This document shows positions 7,890 through 17,200 of a stretch of DNA of 64,000 nucleotides, piece by piece. The translations under genes were made by a program, and so were the position numbers. The stretch spans positions 4,384 to 68,383 of the forward strand of contig JAFQHL010000064.1 in the NCBI GenBank assembly GCA_017397955.1, written 5' to 3'. Below the pieces are notes generated by a model, which was not told where the DNA came from, did not search any database, and saw only the letters and a list, made by a program, of their open reading frames with translations. The stretch is from Clostridia bacterium. Lineage in GTDB: Bacteria; Bacillota; Clostridia; Oscillospirales; CAG-382. The stretch's first letter is position 1; every line of letters starts with the position of its first letter.

Positions 7890-9710
7890 TTGATACGTAA
7901 CGATTTAAGAAATGTTGCAATTATCGCCCACGTTGACCACGGTAAGACCACCTTGGTTGACGGTATGCTTAAATTCAGCGGCACCTTCAGAGAGAATCAG
8001 GACGTGGAGGAGAGGGTTATGGACTCTAACGCTCTTGAGCGTGAGCGCGGCATAACCATCCTTGCAAAAAACACCTCTGCTTTCTATAAGGGGGTAAAAA
8101 TAAATATAGTAGACACTCCCGGCCACGCAGACTTTGGCGGCGAGGTGGAGCGTATACTTAAAATGGTTAACGGTGTACTTCTTTTGGTAGATGCTGCAGA
8201 AGGCCCCATGCCCCAGACTCGTTTTGTACTTCAAAAGGCTATAGAGCTTGGTCATCCCATTATAGTGGTGGTTAACAAGATAGACCGTCCCGATGCCCGC
8301 GTTTATGAGATAGGCGACGAGGTGCTGGAGTTGCTTCTTGACCTTGATGCCAACGATGACCAGCTGGAAAGCCCCGTGCTCTTCTGCTCTGCCCGTAACC
8401 TTACCGCAAGCCTTTCCCCCGACCATCAGGGCGAGGACTTGTCACCTCTCTTTGATACTATCCTTTCCCATATCCCCGCGCCCGAGGGTGACGAAAGCGG
8501 CGAGGCGCAGATGCTTGTTTCCGCCGTTGATTACAACGACTATGTGGGCAAAATGGCAATAGGGCGCATAGAACGCGGCTCTCTTAAACTTAAACAGGAT
8601 GTTTTGGTTTGTGATTATCATAACGACGTTGCCCCTTACAAGGGCAAAATAAGCGCCATGTATCAGATAGAAGGCCTTGCCAGAAAAGCGGTTGAAAGCG
8701 CGTCTGTGGGCGATATCGTCTGCGTATCCGGTCTTGAAGATGTAAACATAGGCAACACGCTTTGCTCTATGGAAGGCGCAGACCCCCTTCCTTTTGTGAA
8801 GATAGGCGAGCCTACCATTGAAATGACCTTCTCCGTTAACACGGGTCCTTTTGCAGGCAGAGAGGGTAAGTATGTAACCACCCGTCATATAAGAGATTAT
8901 CTGTTTAAGGAAGCTATGAAGGATATGTCCCTCCGCGTTAGCGAGACGGACAGTGCCGATAGCTATAACGTGGCAGGCAGAGGCGAAATGCACCTTTCCA
9001 TACTTATGGAAAATATGCGCCGCGCGGGCTATGAATTTATGGTAAGCACCCCCCGTATCATATACAAAGAGATAGACGGTGTGCTTTGCGAGCCTGTTGA
9101 CCGCGCCTTTATGGACGTTCCGCAGGACTACGTAAGTGCGGTTATGGAAAAGATGGGCTACCGCAAGGGCGAGCTGGTTGAAATGACCCCCAAGGGCAGC
9201 AGAATGCACCTTGAGTTCCTTATACCCACCCGCGGACTTTTTGGCTATAAGACAGAGTTTTTGACCGATACCCGCGGCGAGGGCGTGCTTAACACCGTGT
9301 TTGAAAGCTATGAGCCTCAAAAGGGCGAGATACAAAAACGCTTTACAGGCTCTCTTATCGCCTACGAGGACGGCGAAGCTACCTCCTACGGCTTGTTTAA
9401 TGCTCAGGACAGAGGGCAGATGTTTATCGACCCCGCCACTAAGGTTTATACGGGTATGATAGTAGGTATGTCCCCCAAGGGTGAGGATATTGTGGTTAAC
9501 GTGTGCAAGAAGAAGCACCTTACCGCCATAAGAAGCGCAGGCGCGGACGAGGCACTACGCCTTGTTACCCCCAAGAAGATGAGCCTTGAGGAAGCTATTG
9601 AGTTTATAGCAGATGACGAGCTTATAGAAATAACCCCCAAGTCCATTCGTCTCAGAAAGCGTACCCTTGATAATTCCCTCAGAATGAAGGAAAAAGCAAA
9701 GCTTAAATAA
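7890..9710 (+). CDS. typA: Translational GTPase TypA/BipA
   Basis: 606 aa. [14 protein letters not shown]1 motif, [15 protein letters not shown] start, so the start position is moderately uncertain. Confidence 0.95.
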   Translation: MIRNDLRNVAIIAHVDHGKTTLVDGMLKFSGTFRENQDVEERVMDSNALERERGITILAKNTSAFYKGVKINIVDTPGHADFGGEVERILKMVNGVLLLVDAAEGPMPQTRFVLQKAIELGHPIIVVVNKIDRPDARVYEIGDEVLELLLDLDANDDQLESPVLFCSARNLTASLSPDHQGEDLSPLFDTILSHIPAPEGDESGEAQMLVSAVDYNDYVGKMAIGRIERGSLKLKQDVLVCDYHNDVAPYKGKISAMYQIEGLARKAVESASVGDIVCVSGLEDVNIGNTLCSMEGADPLPFVKIGEPTIEMTFSVNTGPFAGREGKYVTTRHIRDYLFKEAMKDMSLRVSETDSADSYNVAGRGEMHLSILMENMRRAGYEFMVSTPRIIYKEIDGVLCEPVDRAFMDVPQDYVSAVMEKMGYRKGELVEMTPKGSRMHLEFLIPTRGLFGYKTEFLTDTRGEGVLNTVFESYEPQKGEIQKRFTGSLIAYEDGEATSYGLFNAQDRGQMFIDPATKVYTGMIVGMSPKGEDIVVNVCKKKHLTAIRSAGADEALRLVTPKKMSLEEAIEFIADDELIEITPKSIRLRKRTLDNSLRMKEKAKLK

Positions 9711-9718
9711 CAACAAAA

Positions 9719-9757
9719 AGATTCGGCAGAGGTTTTAACCTCTGCCGAATTTGTTTT
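9719..9757 (+). terminator. Rho-independent terminator of typA
   Basis: 12-bp stem ATTCGGCAGAGG/CCTCTGCCGAAT followed by TTGTTTT. Confidence 0.9.
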
Positions 9758-9805
9758 CGGGCTCATCATAAAGCCAACAGGCTTCGTGGGGTGATTTGGT
9801 ATAAA

Positions 9806-10607
9806 CCCCCCCGCAAACCGTCCTCGACCGTCCGCCGCGGCGCATATACGAAACGCCGCGTCCGTGATGATGGTAACGGCACGCCGTAGGGACAAACCGT
9901 CCTCGACCGTCCGCCACACAACGAATATACGAAACGCCGCGTCCGTGATGATGGGTAACGGCACGCCGTAGGGACAAACCGTCCTCGACCGTCCGCCGCA
10001 AAACACATATACGAAACGCCGTGTCCGTGATGATGGCAACGGCACGCCGTAGGGACAAACCGTCCTCGACCGTCCGCCGCAAAACGCATATACGAAACGC
10101 CGTGTCCGTGATGATGGCAACGGCACGCCGTAGGGACAAACCGTCCTCGACCGTCCGCCGCAAAACACATATACGAAACGCCGCGTCCGTGATGATGGGT
10201 AACGGTACGCTCGTAGGGCGGGGGTTTATCTCCCGCCGCCACGCGGCGCATACATGAAACCTGATGTGGTGTAAAATATGTTACGAGAAAGATTGTTACG
10301 GTTTATCTACAAACGCGGCGTTTTACCAAATTGTCACGGTGCGGCGGGAGATAAACCTCCGCCCTACAACGGTGTGTTCCGTTGCCGCGCAGACGGTTGC
10401 GTTGGTGCGATGCGCCGCGTGGCGGCGGGAGATAAACCCCCGCCCTACGGTGGTGTGTGTGTTCCGTTGCCGCGCAGACGGTTGCGTTGGTGCGATGCGC
10501 CGCGTGGCGGCGGGAGATAAACCCCCGCCCTACGATTATGCGTTCCGTTGTCGCGTAGACGGGTGATGATTGTATATGAAAAGGGCGGGAGATAAACCCC
10601 GCCCTTT
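9806..10607. repeat. Mosaic hairpin repeat, locus 3 (largest): six forward 81-82-bp units, 79-nt core, three inverted units plus a terminal hairpin
   Basis: Forward heads at 9806, 9886, 9968, 10049, 10130 and 10213. Core at 10261-10339. Inverted heads at 10341, 10421 and 10506. Head-like hairpin at 10581-10606. Confidence 0.9.
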
Positions 10608-10612
10608 ATTTT
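10576..10612 (-). terminator. Terminator of the 10622-12007 gene, built from a repeat-family hairpin
   Basis: Minus strand reads AAGGGCGGG-GTTTATCT-CCCGCCCTT followed by TTTC. It has the same stem and loop as the repeat heads. Confidence 0.7.
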
Positions 10613-10621
10613 GTATTGACC

Positions 10622-12007
10622 TTATTTCTTTTTGCTGAAAAGACCGATAATCTTGTCGATAATGCCCTTATTCTTTTCCTCCAGCTGAGAGGGGAAGGCC
10701 TCTTTCCAAGCGATTTGCTGTTGGCTGTTTTGCAATTGCATATCTCTGTAATCCTGATAAGGATTTTCGGTAACAACCTTGGACATAAGGTTGGATTCAC
10801 CTGCGCTGAGAAGCAATCTGTTTTCGCCGCAGAAGAATGCAACACCGTCTGCGCCCTTAACCTTCTTGTCAAGCGTTACAAACTCAAAAACATCGCTAAA
10901 GGAGAACATACCAATGTTTACGTCTTCACCGTATTCCGCATAAATAGCATCAACATCGGTAAAGGCAGAGATATAGCAATATTTGCGGTTTTCGGTAACC
11001 AAAAAGTCAAATGTGCCTTCTTCCAGCGCGGTATCTGCAACGGTAAGCTTTTCGCCGCCCAAAACGCCGAGGGATGCGGCAGATGCGCCTGCAACCAGCT
11101 TAGCCTCGGAGGTGTAATAAAGCTTATCCTTGGGATATGTACCCTTCCCCTTGGGAACAAAGGGAAGCAATATCATGGTAGAAGAAACAGCCTGTCTTAG
11201 GTTAACCATAACCTCGCCGCCGTAGTTGATAAGGTGGTCGCTGCTTCTGCCTTCGCTAAGGCAAAGACAAGCCAGAACAGAGCGCGCAACGGGTGCGGCA
11301 TAGTTAGGTGTAGCTACATCCACCAAGTCGCGGCAGTTAAAGGCAACATTTATGTCGTTGGTATGGGGGTTAAGACGCACCATCTTAATACCCATATTGA
11401 TAAACTCAGCCAGCTTTTGTGTTAAAGCGTTTGCGGGGAAAGAAGCGACGGAGCACTTGAAGCAGTCAGCCTTGGGCATAGCTTCCACAGCATAGTTTTC
11501 CGCGGTGAAAAGCCAAGGTAAGCCTGCCTTGTCAAGGAAGGGATAGTCGCCGTTTACAACGTCCGCCTTAAGGTAATAAACGGTGCTTGCTGCGGCAAAC
11601 GCATTCTTAACGCTGTCAAGAATCGCATCCTGCTCTGCCTGTTCGGCAAGCAGTTCTTCTTCATACTTTGCGCCAAGACGAAGCTTAAGCTGTTCAATAA
11701 TAGGGTCAAGCGCAAGGAACATGGAATCCTTTATGCCTGCGGCAGGACCAAAATGCTCAATAGCCTTGTAAGCAACAATAAGGCTGTCTACGCCGCAAAC
11801 GGAAATGTTATGCAAATAGTCTTCCTCTCTTATAAAGTGGAGTGAAACGCCCAAAGATTCAAATGAAGTAAAGTTGGGCACAAGCCTTTTAACGGCGTTT
11901 TGACCCTCTTCTACGTTGTGGGGGGTTCTGAAATGTCTGGGATTGTGTCTTTGAATATCACGGAACAAACGCTTTGTTAAAAGCTTGTCGTCTATAGTGT
12001 GGGGCAT
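10622..12007 (-). CDS. Hypothetical protein (possible tandem SseB-like domains)
   Basis: ORF 10622..12028 trimmed to the ATG at 12007, which follows AAGGAGAG. It has its own consensus promoter. The domain guess is weak. Confidence 0.6.
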   Translation of the reverse strand: MPHTIDDKLLTKRLFRDIQRHNPRHFRTPHNVEEGQNAVKRLVPNFTSFESLGVSLHFIREEDYLHNISVCGVDSLIVAYKAIEHFGPAAGIKDSMFLALDPIIEQLKLRLGAKYEEELLAEQAEQDAILDSVKNAFAAASTVYYLKADVVNGDYPFLDKAGLPWLFTAENYAVEAMPKADCFKCSVASFPANALTQKLAEFINMGIKMVRLNPHTNDINVAFNCRDLVDVATPNYAAPVARSVLACLCLSEGRSSDHLINYGGEVMVNLRQAVSSTMILLPFVPKGKGTYPKDKLYYTSEAKLVAGASAASLGVLGGEKLTVADTALEEGTFDFLVTENRKYCYISAFTDVDAIYAEYGEDVNIGMFSFSDVFEFVTLDKKVKGADGVAFFCGENRLLLSAGESNLMSKVVTENPYQDYRDMQLQNSQQQIAWKEAFPSQLEEKNKGIIDKIIGLFSKKK

Positions 12008-12049
12008 ATATCTCTCTCCTTTTAGCAAAAAATAAATAGCCTTTTAGTA

Positions 12050-12078
12050 AGTATAGCACAAAGCTTTCCCCTTGTCAA
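12050..12078 (-). promoter_or_regulatory. Consensus sigma-A promoter (minus strand)
   Basis: Minus strand reads TTGACA (12078-12073), 17 nt, TATACT (12055-12050). Confidence 0.6.
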
Positions 12079-12149
12079 CGCAAAAAATAAACATCGGCGG
12101 CTCTTTTTGCGTTTTTGTTTTTGCACCGGTCGCTTCCCTTTTTGACGCA

Positions 12150-12182
12150 AAACCAAAAAGCCGCAGCTACCGCGGCTTTAAA
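12150..12182 (-). terminator. Rho-independent terminator downstream of the PLP-enzyme operon
   Basis: Minus strand reads AAAGCCGC-GGTAGCT-GCGGCTTT followed by TTGG. Confidence 0.75.
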
Positions 12183-12232
12183 AACCGACATGCTACAGCT
12201 TTTTATTACAATTGTTATATAAAGGGGGCCCG

Positions 12233-13396
12233 TTAACCAAGCATCTTTTTAAGGTCTGCAATAATATCCTCTGCATCCTCAATGCCTACGGAAAGGCGGA
12301 TAAGACGGTCGGTTATACCGATACGGTTACGTATATCCGCAGGTATGCTGGCGTGGGTCTGGGTCTGTGGATAGGTTATAAGGGTTGCGGTGCCGCCAAG
12401 ACTTTCCGCAAACATTATCATATCGCCGCCGCAAAGAACCTGCTCCACCTTGTTTACATCCTTTATTGTAAAGGAAATCATACCGCCAAAGCCTGTGGTC
12501 TGTTTTTTGCTTACCTCATAAGAGGGATGTTCGGGAAGCCCCACAAAATAAACCTTCTCAACCGCGGGGTGGTCTTTGAGGAACGCCGCTACCTTAACGG
12601 CGTTTTCTTCGTGTTTCTTCATACGAAGCGCAAGGGTCTTTATACCTCTGAGCAACAGCCAGCTGTCAAAAGGTGCAAGTCCGGAGCCTTCAGTACGCAA
12701 AATAAGCCCCATACGTGCCGCAATAGCTTCGTCATTAACCACTACAAAGCCTGCCGTGGTATCGTGGTGCCCTGCCAAAAATTTGGTGCCGCTGTGGATT
12801 ACTATATCAGCACCGAGAGGGATGGGCTTTTGAAAATAAGGGGTAAGGAAGGTGTTGTCTACCACAAGGTACGCACCGCAATTTTTGCTTATTTCGGAGA
12901 TAGCCGCAATATCTGCCACCTTCATCATGGGGTTGGTGGGGCTTTCAAGATATATCATCTTGGTGTTGGGCTTTACGGATGTCTTTATAGCATCTATATC
13001 CCCCACGTCAACATAGGTAAACTCCACGCCGAAATTCTTCCACAGCTCCTCTATCTGACGGTAAGAGCCGCCGTAAATGTCGTCGGAAACAACCACGTGG
13101 TCACCGCTTTTTAAAAGGGAGAACACCGCGGTAACCGCCGCCAGTCCACTGGCAAAGGCAAAGCCTGCAAGCCCGTTCTCCAACATTGCAACGGTATCTT
13201 CCAGCTCTGCCCTTGTGGGGTTGTCACAGCGGGAATAGCTGAACTTTATGTTAGAGTTAAGACCGGGGTTTTTGTATGTAGAGGTTTGGTAGATGGGAAA
13301 GCTTATTGCACCTGTAAGGGGGTCACAGCCCTGATATCCGTGCACTACCGCAGAATCCATTTTTCTGCCAAACTGCTTGTGGTTCTTGTCTATCAT
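12233..13396 (-). CDS. Cys/Met-metabolism PLP-dependent enzyme (cystathionine beta-lyase/gamma-synthase family)
   Basis: 387 aa. PLP-lysine motif HSGTKFLAGH and family-typical length. AGGAG RBS. Confidence 0.85.
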   Translation of the reverse strand: MIDKNHKQFGRKMDSAVVHGYQGCDPLTGAISFPIYQTSTYKNPGLNSNIKFSYSRCDNPTRAELEDTVAMLENGLAGFAFASGLAAVTAVFSLLKSGDHVVVSDDIYGGSYRQIEELWKNFGVEFTYVDVGDIDAIKTSVKPNTKMIYLESPTNPMMKVADIAAISEISKNCGAYLVVDNTFLTPYFQKPIPLGADIVIHSGTKFLAGHHDTTAGFVVVNDEAIAARMGLILRTEGSGLAPFDSWLLLRGIKTLALRMKKHEENAVKVAAFLKDHPAVEKVYFVGLPEHPSYEVSKKQTTGFGGMISFTIKDVNKVEQVLCGGDMIMFAESLGGTATLITYPQTQTHASIPADIRNRIGITDRLIRLSVGIEDAEDIIADLKKMLG

Positions 13397-13414
13397 AAAA
13401 ATTACTCCTTAAAA

Positions 13415-14113
13415 TCAATCTATCTTCAAGGGCTTAAAGCCCAACGCGTCTGCCGATATCAAAAACAAATCCGTCTTGCCAAGACTTTTTTCCGGTAGGG
13501 CGGGATTTATTCCGTGCAAATGACCGTAATAACAGCGTTTAATGTCATATTCCCAAAGTATATCTGCCAAGGGACCGCACTTAACGCCTCCAAGGGCAGG
13601 TGGGTAGTGGAGGAAGACAATAATTTCGTCCCCTTCGCTCATTATAGCCTTGCCCGCGTCCAAAGAGCGGCAAAGCCTTCCTGCTTCTCTCAGCACGATT
13701 TTTTCGTCGTCGGGGCCGTAACTTCCGTCAGGGAACCAGCCCCTGGTGCCGCATATTATTTTGTTGCCTACCTTGTAGGCGTTGTTAAACAAAAAGTCAA
13801 TACTGTCCGCACCGATGTTCCTTGTAAAATCGTAAAGCTTTGTAAGGGTGCCCCACCAATAGTCGTGGTTGCCCTTGCCTATAAGCTTGTGACCGGGCAG
13901 ACCGTGTATAAATAACAGATCTTTTTCCGTGTTGTCAAAACGCATCCCCCAGGATATATCGCCGGGGATAACCACCGTATCCTCCTCGGTAACGGTAGCG
14001 CGCCAAGCTTCTTCCAGCCTTTCCTTGTGGTTTGCCCAAGCTTTGCCGAAAACGTCCATAGGCTTATCGGTGCTTTCGGAAAGATGCAGGTCGGCAATAA
14101 CGTAAAGTGCCAT
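13415..14113 (-). CDS. Metallophosphoesterase
   Basis: 232 aa. Calcineurin-like motifs DLHL, GDISW, GNHDYWW and HYP/GHLH. The start overlaps the upstream stop (TAATG). Confidence 0.8.
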   Translation of the reverse strand: MALYVIADLHLSESTDKPMDVFGKAWANHKERLEEAWRATVTEEDTVVIPGDISWGMRFDNTEKDLLFIHGLPGHKLIGKGNHDYWWGTLTKLYDFTRNIGADSIDFLFNNAYKVGNKIICGTRGWFPDGSYGPDDEKIVLREAGRLCRSLDAGKAIMSEGDEIIVFLHYPPALGGVKCGPLADILWEYDIKRCYYGHLHGINPALPEKSLGKTDLFLISADALGFKPLKID

Positions 14114-14415
14114 TAACGCTTAACCCTTGCAGGTGCGCCCGCCCAGATTTCAAAGTTTGCGCCCGCAAACAAAATCAGGCTTGCGCCGCGTATCCACGCA
14201 ACAAGACCTTCGTCGCTCCACTTTTTAGCCTCAAAGGTTTCCACGGCAACATACTTAAAAACGATGTAAAGCAGCAAGCAAAGCAAAAAGCTGGTAGCTA
14301 TCCGTGTAGCTTTGCCTGCAAAGCTGTTTATGTTATAGAATGCACAGGAGCGCAAACACAAAACCAATGCGCCCGCAAATACTATCGCTATTACAATATA
14401 GGGAACCAAATACAT
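14113..14415 (-). CDS. Small membrane protein, function unknown
   Basis: About 100 aa with 3 hydrophobic segments. The ATG at 14415 is preferred over the GTG at 14424 (GGGGTG upstream). Confidence 0.55.
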   Translation of the reverse strand: MYLVPYIVIAIVFAGALVLCLRSCAFYNINSFAGKATRIATSFLLCLLLYIVFKYVAVETFEAKKWSDEGLVAWIRGASLILFAGANFEIWAGAPARVKR

Positions 14416-14487
14416 AAATTTCACCCCGATAAAATCTTAAAAATCCGTCCATAATAACGTAAAGCACACAGAAAGGAGGCTTTGTAT

Positions 14488-14667
14488 ATGCTTTACGAGA
14501 AAAAGGACAACGAAAAGCCAATAAAAGGCATAAGCTGTGCGGTTAAAAGCTGTCAGTACCATAACGGTGACTGCCGCTGTGTTGCGGGTAACATTGCCGT
14601 AGGTCCCTCCAACGCTTGTTGCAGCGCAGAAACAGTTTGCGCTACCTTCCGCAAAAAAGAGCAATAG
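14488..14667 (+). CDS. DUF1540-like cysteine-rich small protein
   Basis: 59 aa. AGGAGG lies 8 nt upstream of the ATG. Motifs C-x-V-x-x-C-x-Y-H and CCSAETVC are typical of DUF1540. Confidence 0.7.
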   Translation: MLYEKKDNEKPIKGISCAVKSCQYHNGDCRCVAGNIAVGPSNACCSAETVCATFRKKEQ

Positions 14668-14670
14668 CCC

Positions 14671-16152
14671 TTAAAGCTTTTCTGCCGCAAAGGCGTAAAC
14701 CTTAGCGTCTATATCCGCCTTGTCCGTAACGCCCTCAAAGCGCACAGCTTTGTTTTTAAGCTCTGCAAGGGCTTTGGGCGGGCGGGTGCCGCTAAGTCTT
14801 TCAAGGTCGTCAATACAGTCAAAGTCACTGCTGCCCTTATCCTCGCCCATGGCTTTAAGCACCGCGCGGGGGAATTTATAGGGAGAGGCGGTGGAGGCAA
14901 CAAGCATAGGAGTGTTGTCGCCGCTTTCTGCTTTGTACTTATCAGCACAGTAAAGGGCAACTGCCGTGTGCGGGTCGCAAAGGTAGCCTGCCTTAAAGTA
15001 GCGGGCTATTGTTTCTGCCGTGTCGTTTTCGTCGCCGTAAAGCGCGGCAAAATCCTTGGCAAGCCGTGCCTTTGTTTCTTCGTCTACGGTGTAAATACCC
15101 TTTTCGTTAAGCTCCTTCATAAGCGCTGCACACTTCTCTGCTCCCAAAGTAAAGTAAAGCAGTCTTTCAAGGTTGCTTGATATCAGTATATCCATAGATG
15201 GAGAACTTGTTGTATAGAAAGGACGGCGCTTGTCGTAAACACCGGTGGTAAAGAAGTCGGTAAGGATATTATTTTGGTTGGAAGCGCAAACCATTGTTTT
15301 AACGGGCAGCCCCATTACCTTGGCTATATATGCCGCCAAAATGTTACCGAAATTGCCTGTAGGTACGGTTATGTTTATCGCATCGCCCATGGCTACGGTG
15401 CCTGCCGCAACCATATCAAGATACGCGCTGATGTAGTACACTATCTGAGGCGCAAGTCTGCCCCAGTTTATAGAGTTTGCACTGGAGAAGAAAAGCCCCT
15501 CTCCGTCTATCTTCTTTGCCGCCTCTGTGCTGGTGAATATGCGCTTAACGGCAGATTGAGCATCGTCAAAGTTGCCCTTTATGCCGCAAACGGAAACGTT
15601 GCCGCCGTCCTGCGTAGCCATCTGAAGCTTCTGCACTGGGCTAACGCCTTCGCTGGGGTAGAACACTTGTATACGCACTCTGGGCACATCTGCATAACCT
15701 GCAAGTGCCGCCTTGCCCGTGTCACCGGAGGTGGCTACAAGTATAAGGGCGTCCTTTTCCTCGCCGCATTTGCCAAGGGAGAGGGAAAGAAGGTGAGGCA
15801 TTATCTGAAGCGCCATATCCTTAAATGCGCTGGTGGGACCGTGCCACAGCTCCAATACGCTGTTGCCCTCCGCTATGCTTATGGGGGTGGTAACTGCACC
15901 AAAGCGGTCTGCGGAATAAGCGGTGTCCGCCGCCTTTTTCAGCTCTTCCGCACTATAATCCGTAAGGAACATCCCCAGTATTTCTGCGGCTCTTTCCGCA
16001 TAGTTCATACCCATAAGCTTGTCAAGCATCTCTTTCGTAAGAACCGGTATGGTCTCGGGCACAAACAGACCGCCGTCTGCGGCAATACCGTTTTTTATTA
16101 CATAAGCAGAGCTGTGTCCGCTATCCTTACCTCTTGTGCTGTTATACAACAT
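14671..16152 (-). CDS. thrC: Threonine synthase
   Basis: 493 aa, long-form ThrC. Contains the PLP-lysine region HGPTSAFKDMALQ. Confidence 0.9.
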   Translation of the reverse strand: MLYNSTRGKDSGHSSAYVIKNGIAADGGLFVPETIPVLTKEMLDKLMGMNYAERAAEILGMFLTDYSAEELKKAADTAYSADRFGAVTTPISIAEGNSVLELWHGPTSAFKDMALQIMPHLLSLSLGKCGEEKDALILVATSGDTGKAALAGYADVPRVRIQVFYPSEGVSPVQKLQMATQDGGNVSVCGIKGNFDDAQSAVKRIFTSTEAAKKIDGEGLFFSSANSINWGRLAPQIVYYISAYLDMVAAGTVAMGDAINITVPTGNFGNILAAYIAKVMGLPVKTMVCASNQNNILTDFFTTGVYDKRRPFYTTSSPSMDILISSNLERLLYFTLGAEKCAALMKELNEKGIYTVDEETKARLAKDFAALYGDENDTAETIARYFKAGYLCDPHTAVALYCADKYKAESGDNTPMLVASTASPYKFPRAVLKAMGEDKGSSDFDCIDDLERLSGTRPPKALAELKNKAVRFEGVTDKADIDAKVYAFAAEKL

Positions 16153-16175
16153 AAAATCTCACTCTCCGTTTTTTC

Positions 16176-16583
16176 TTAAAAAGCATTTTCTGTATGTGTC
16201 AGTCGTTTTACACCGTTTTCGTCTGCTATAATCTCTACGGTGTCAAAACGGCGTTTTTTGTATTTTCTTGTGTATCTTAACTTCCAAATATACAGCGGAA
16301 CTCTGTGATTCGCCCCGTCCACACGACAAAACTCCGTGGCGGCGCGGCGCATTCTGCCCATCTTGGCGTAGTCTATATGCCCTGCGGGATATCCGTAGGC
16401 AAGGTTTCTGCGGGTCTTAACCTCCACAAATACCAGCACCTTGCGCCGTAAAGCGATAATATCCAACTCTCCGTGGCGGGTGTTGTAGTTCATGCCCACT
16501 ATGCGGTAGCCCTTCTCCTTCAGATAGCCCAGTGCAGCATCCTCACCAATTCTGCCAAATATCTTGTTGTTCAATACTGTCAC
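16176..16583 (-). CDS. YraN-family endonuclease (UPF0102)
   Basis: GEDAALGYLKEKGYRIVGMNY...GELDIIA signature. The GTG start overlaps the rnhB 3' end by ~40 nt, so the start is uncertain. Confidence 0.8.
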   Translation of the reverse strand: MTVLNNKIFGRIGEDAALGYLKEKGYRIVGMNYNTRHGELDIIALRRKVLVFVEVKTRRNLAYGYPAGHIDYAKMGRMRRAATEFCRVDGANHRVPLYIWKLRYTRKYKKRRFDTVEIIADENGVKRLTHTENAF

Positions 16584-17178
16584 CCAAGGTCTTTCTCAAA
16601 AAGCTTTTCCTGTGCAAGGGGCAAGGACCAAGCTTAAGTATTGCCGCCTTGTGTGCCTTGGTGGCGTAGCCCTTGTGCTTGGCAAAGCCGTAGCCGGGGT
16701 AAAACTTTTCCATCTCCCCACAAAAATTATCGCGCTCTACCTTTGCCAAAATAGATGCCGCCGCAATAGAGGGGCTTTTTCCGTCGCCCTTTATTACGGG
16801 TACTGCCTTAATATGAAAATCCCTTGCCACATTGCCGTCTATCAGCGCGATGTCCGGCACGGTTTTAAGCTTTTGTATGGCGCGTCGCATTGCAAGCATA
16901 GAGGCGTTAAGGATGTTTATCGCTTCTATCTCATAAACCTCCGCATGGGCAACGGCAAAATCCACCGCTACCTCTTTTATACGGCGGCACAGCTCGTTCC
17001 GCTTGGCCTCGCTAAGCTTCTTGCTGTCGTTAAGTCCCTCTATCTCTATACCGCGCGGCAATATGACTGCCGCCGCAAATACAGGTCCCGCAAGGGGGCC
17101 TCTGCCCGCTTCATCGCAACCGCAAAGCACCTCTGCGCCCTGCTCAAAAAAGCCATTTTCTATATCCCAGTTAAGCAT
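16543..17178 (-). CDS. rnhB: Ribonuclease HII
   Basis: 211 aa. CGCDEAGRGPLAGPV active-site motif. Confidence 0.92.
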   Translation of the reverse strand: MLNWDIENGFFEQGAEVLCGCDEAGRGPLAGPVFAAAVILPRGIEIEGLNDSKKLSEAKRNELCRRIKEVAVDFAVAHAEVYEIEAINILNASMLAMRRAIQKLKTVPDIALIDGNVARDFHIKAVPVIKGDGKSPSIAAASILAKVERDNFCGEMEKFYPGYGFAKHKGYATKAHKAAILKLGPCPLHRKSFLRKTLGDSIEQQDIWQNW

Positions 17179-17200
17179 AAGGTAAAGCCTCCTTCGTCCC

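Noticed and set aside
9806-10240. Regular ~81-bp periodicity of a ~30-nt repeat with ~50-nt intervening segments. It looks superficially like a CRISPR array.
   Set aside because: The 'spacers' are about 90% identical to each other, so they hold no unique sequences. The repeat heads themselves vary (two head types). The array continues into an inverted arm, and no cas genes or leader are present in the window.
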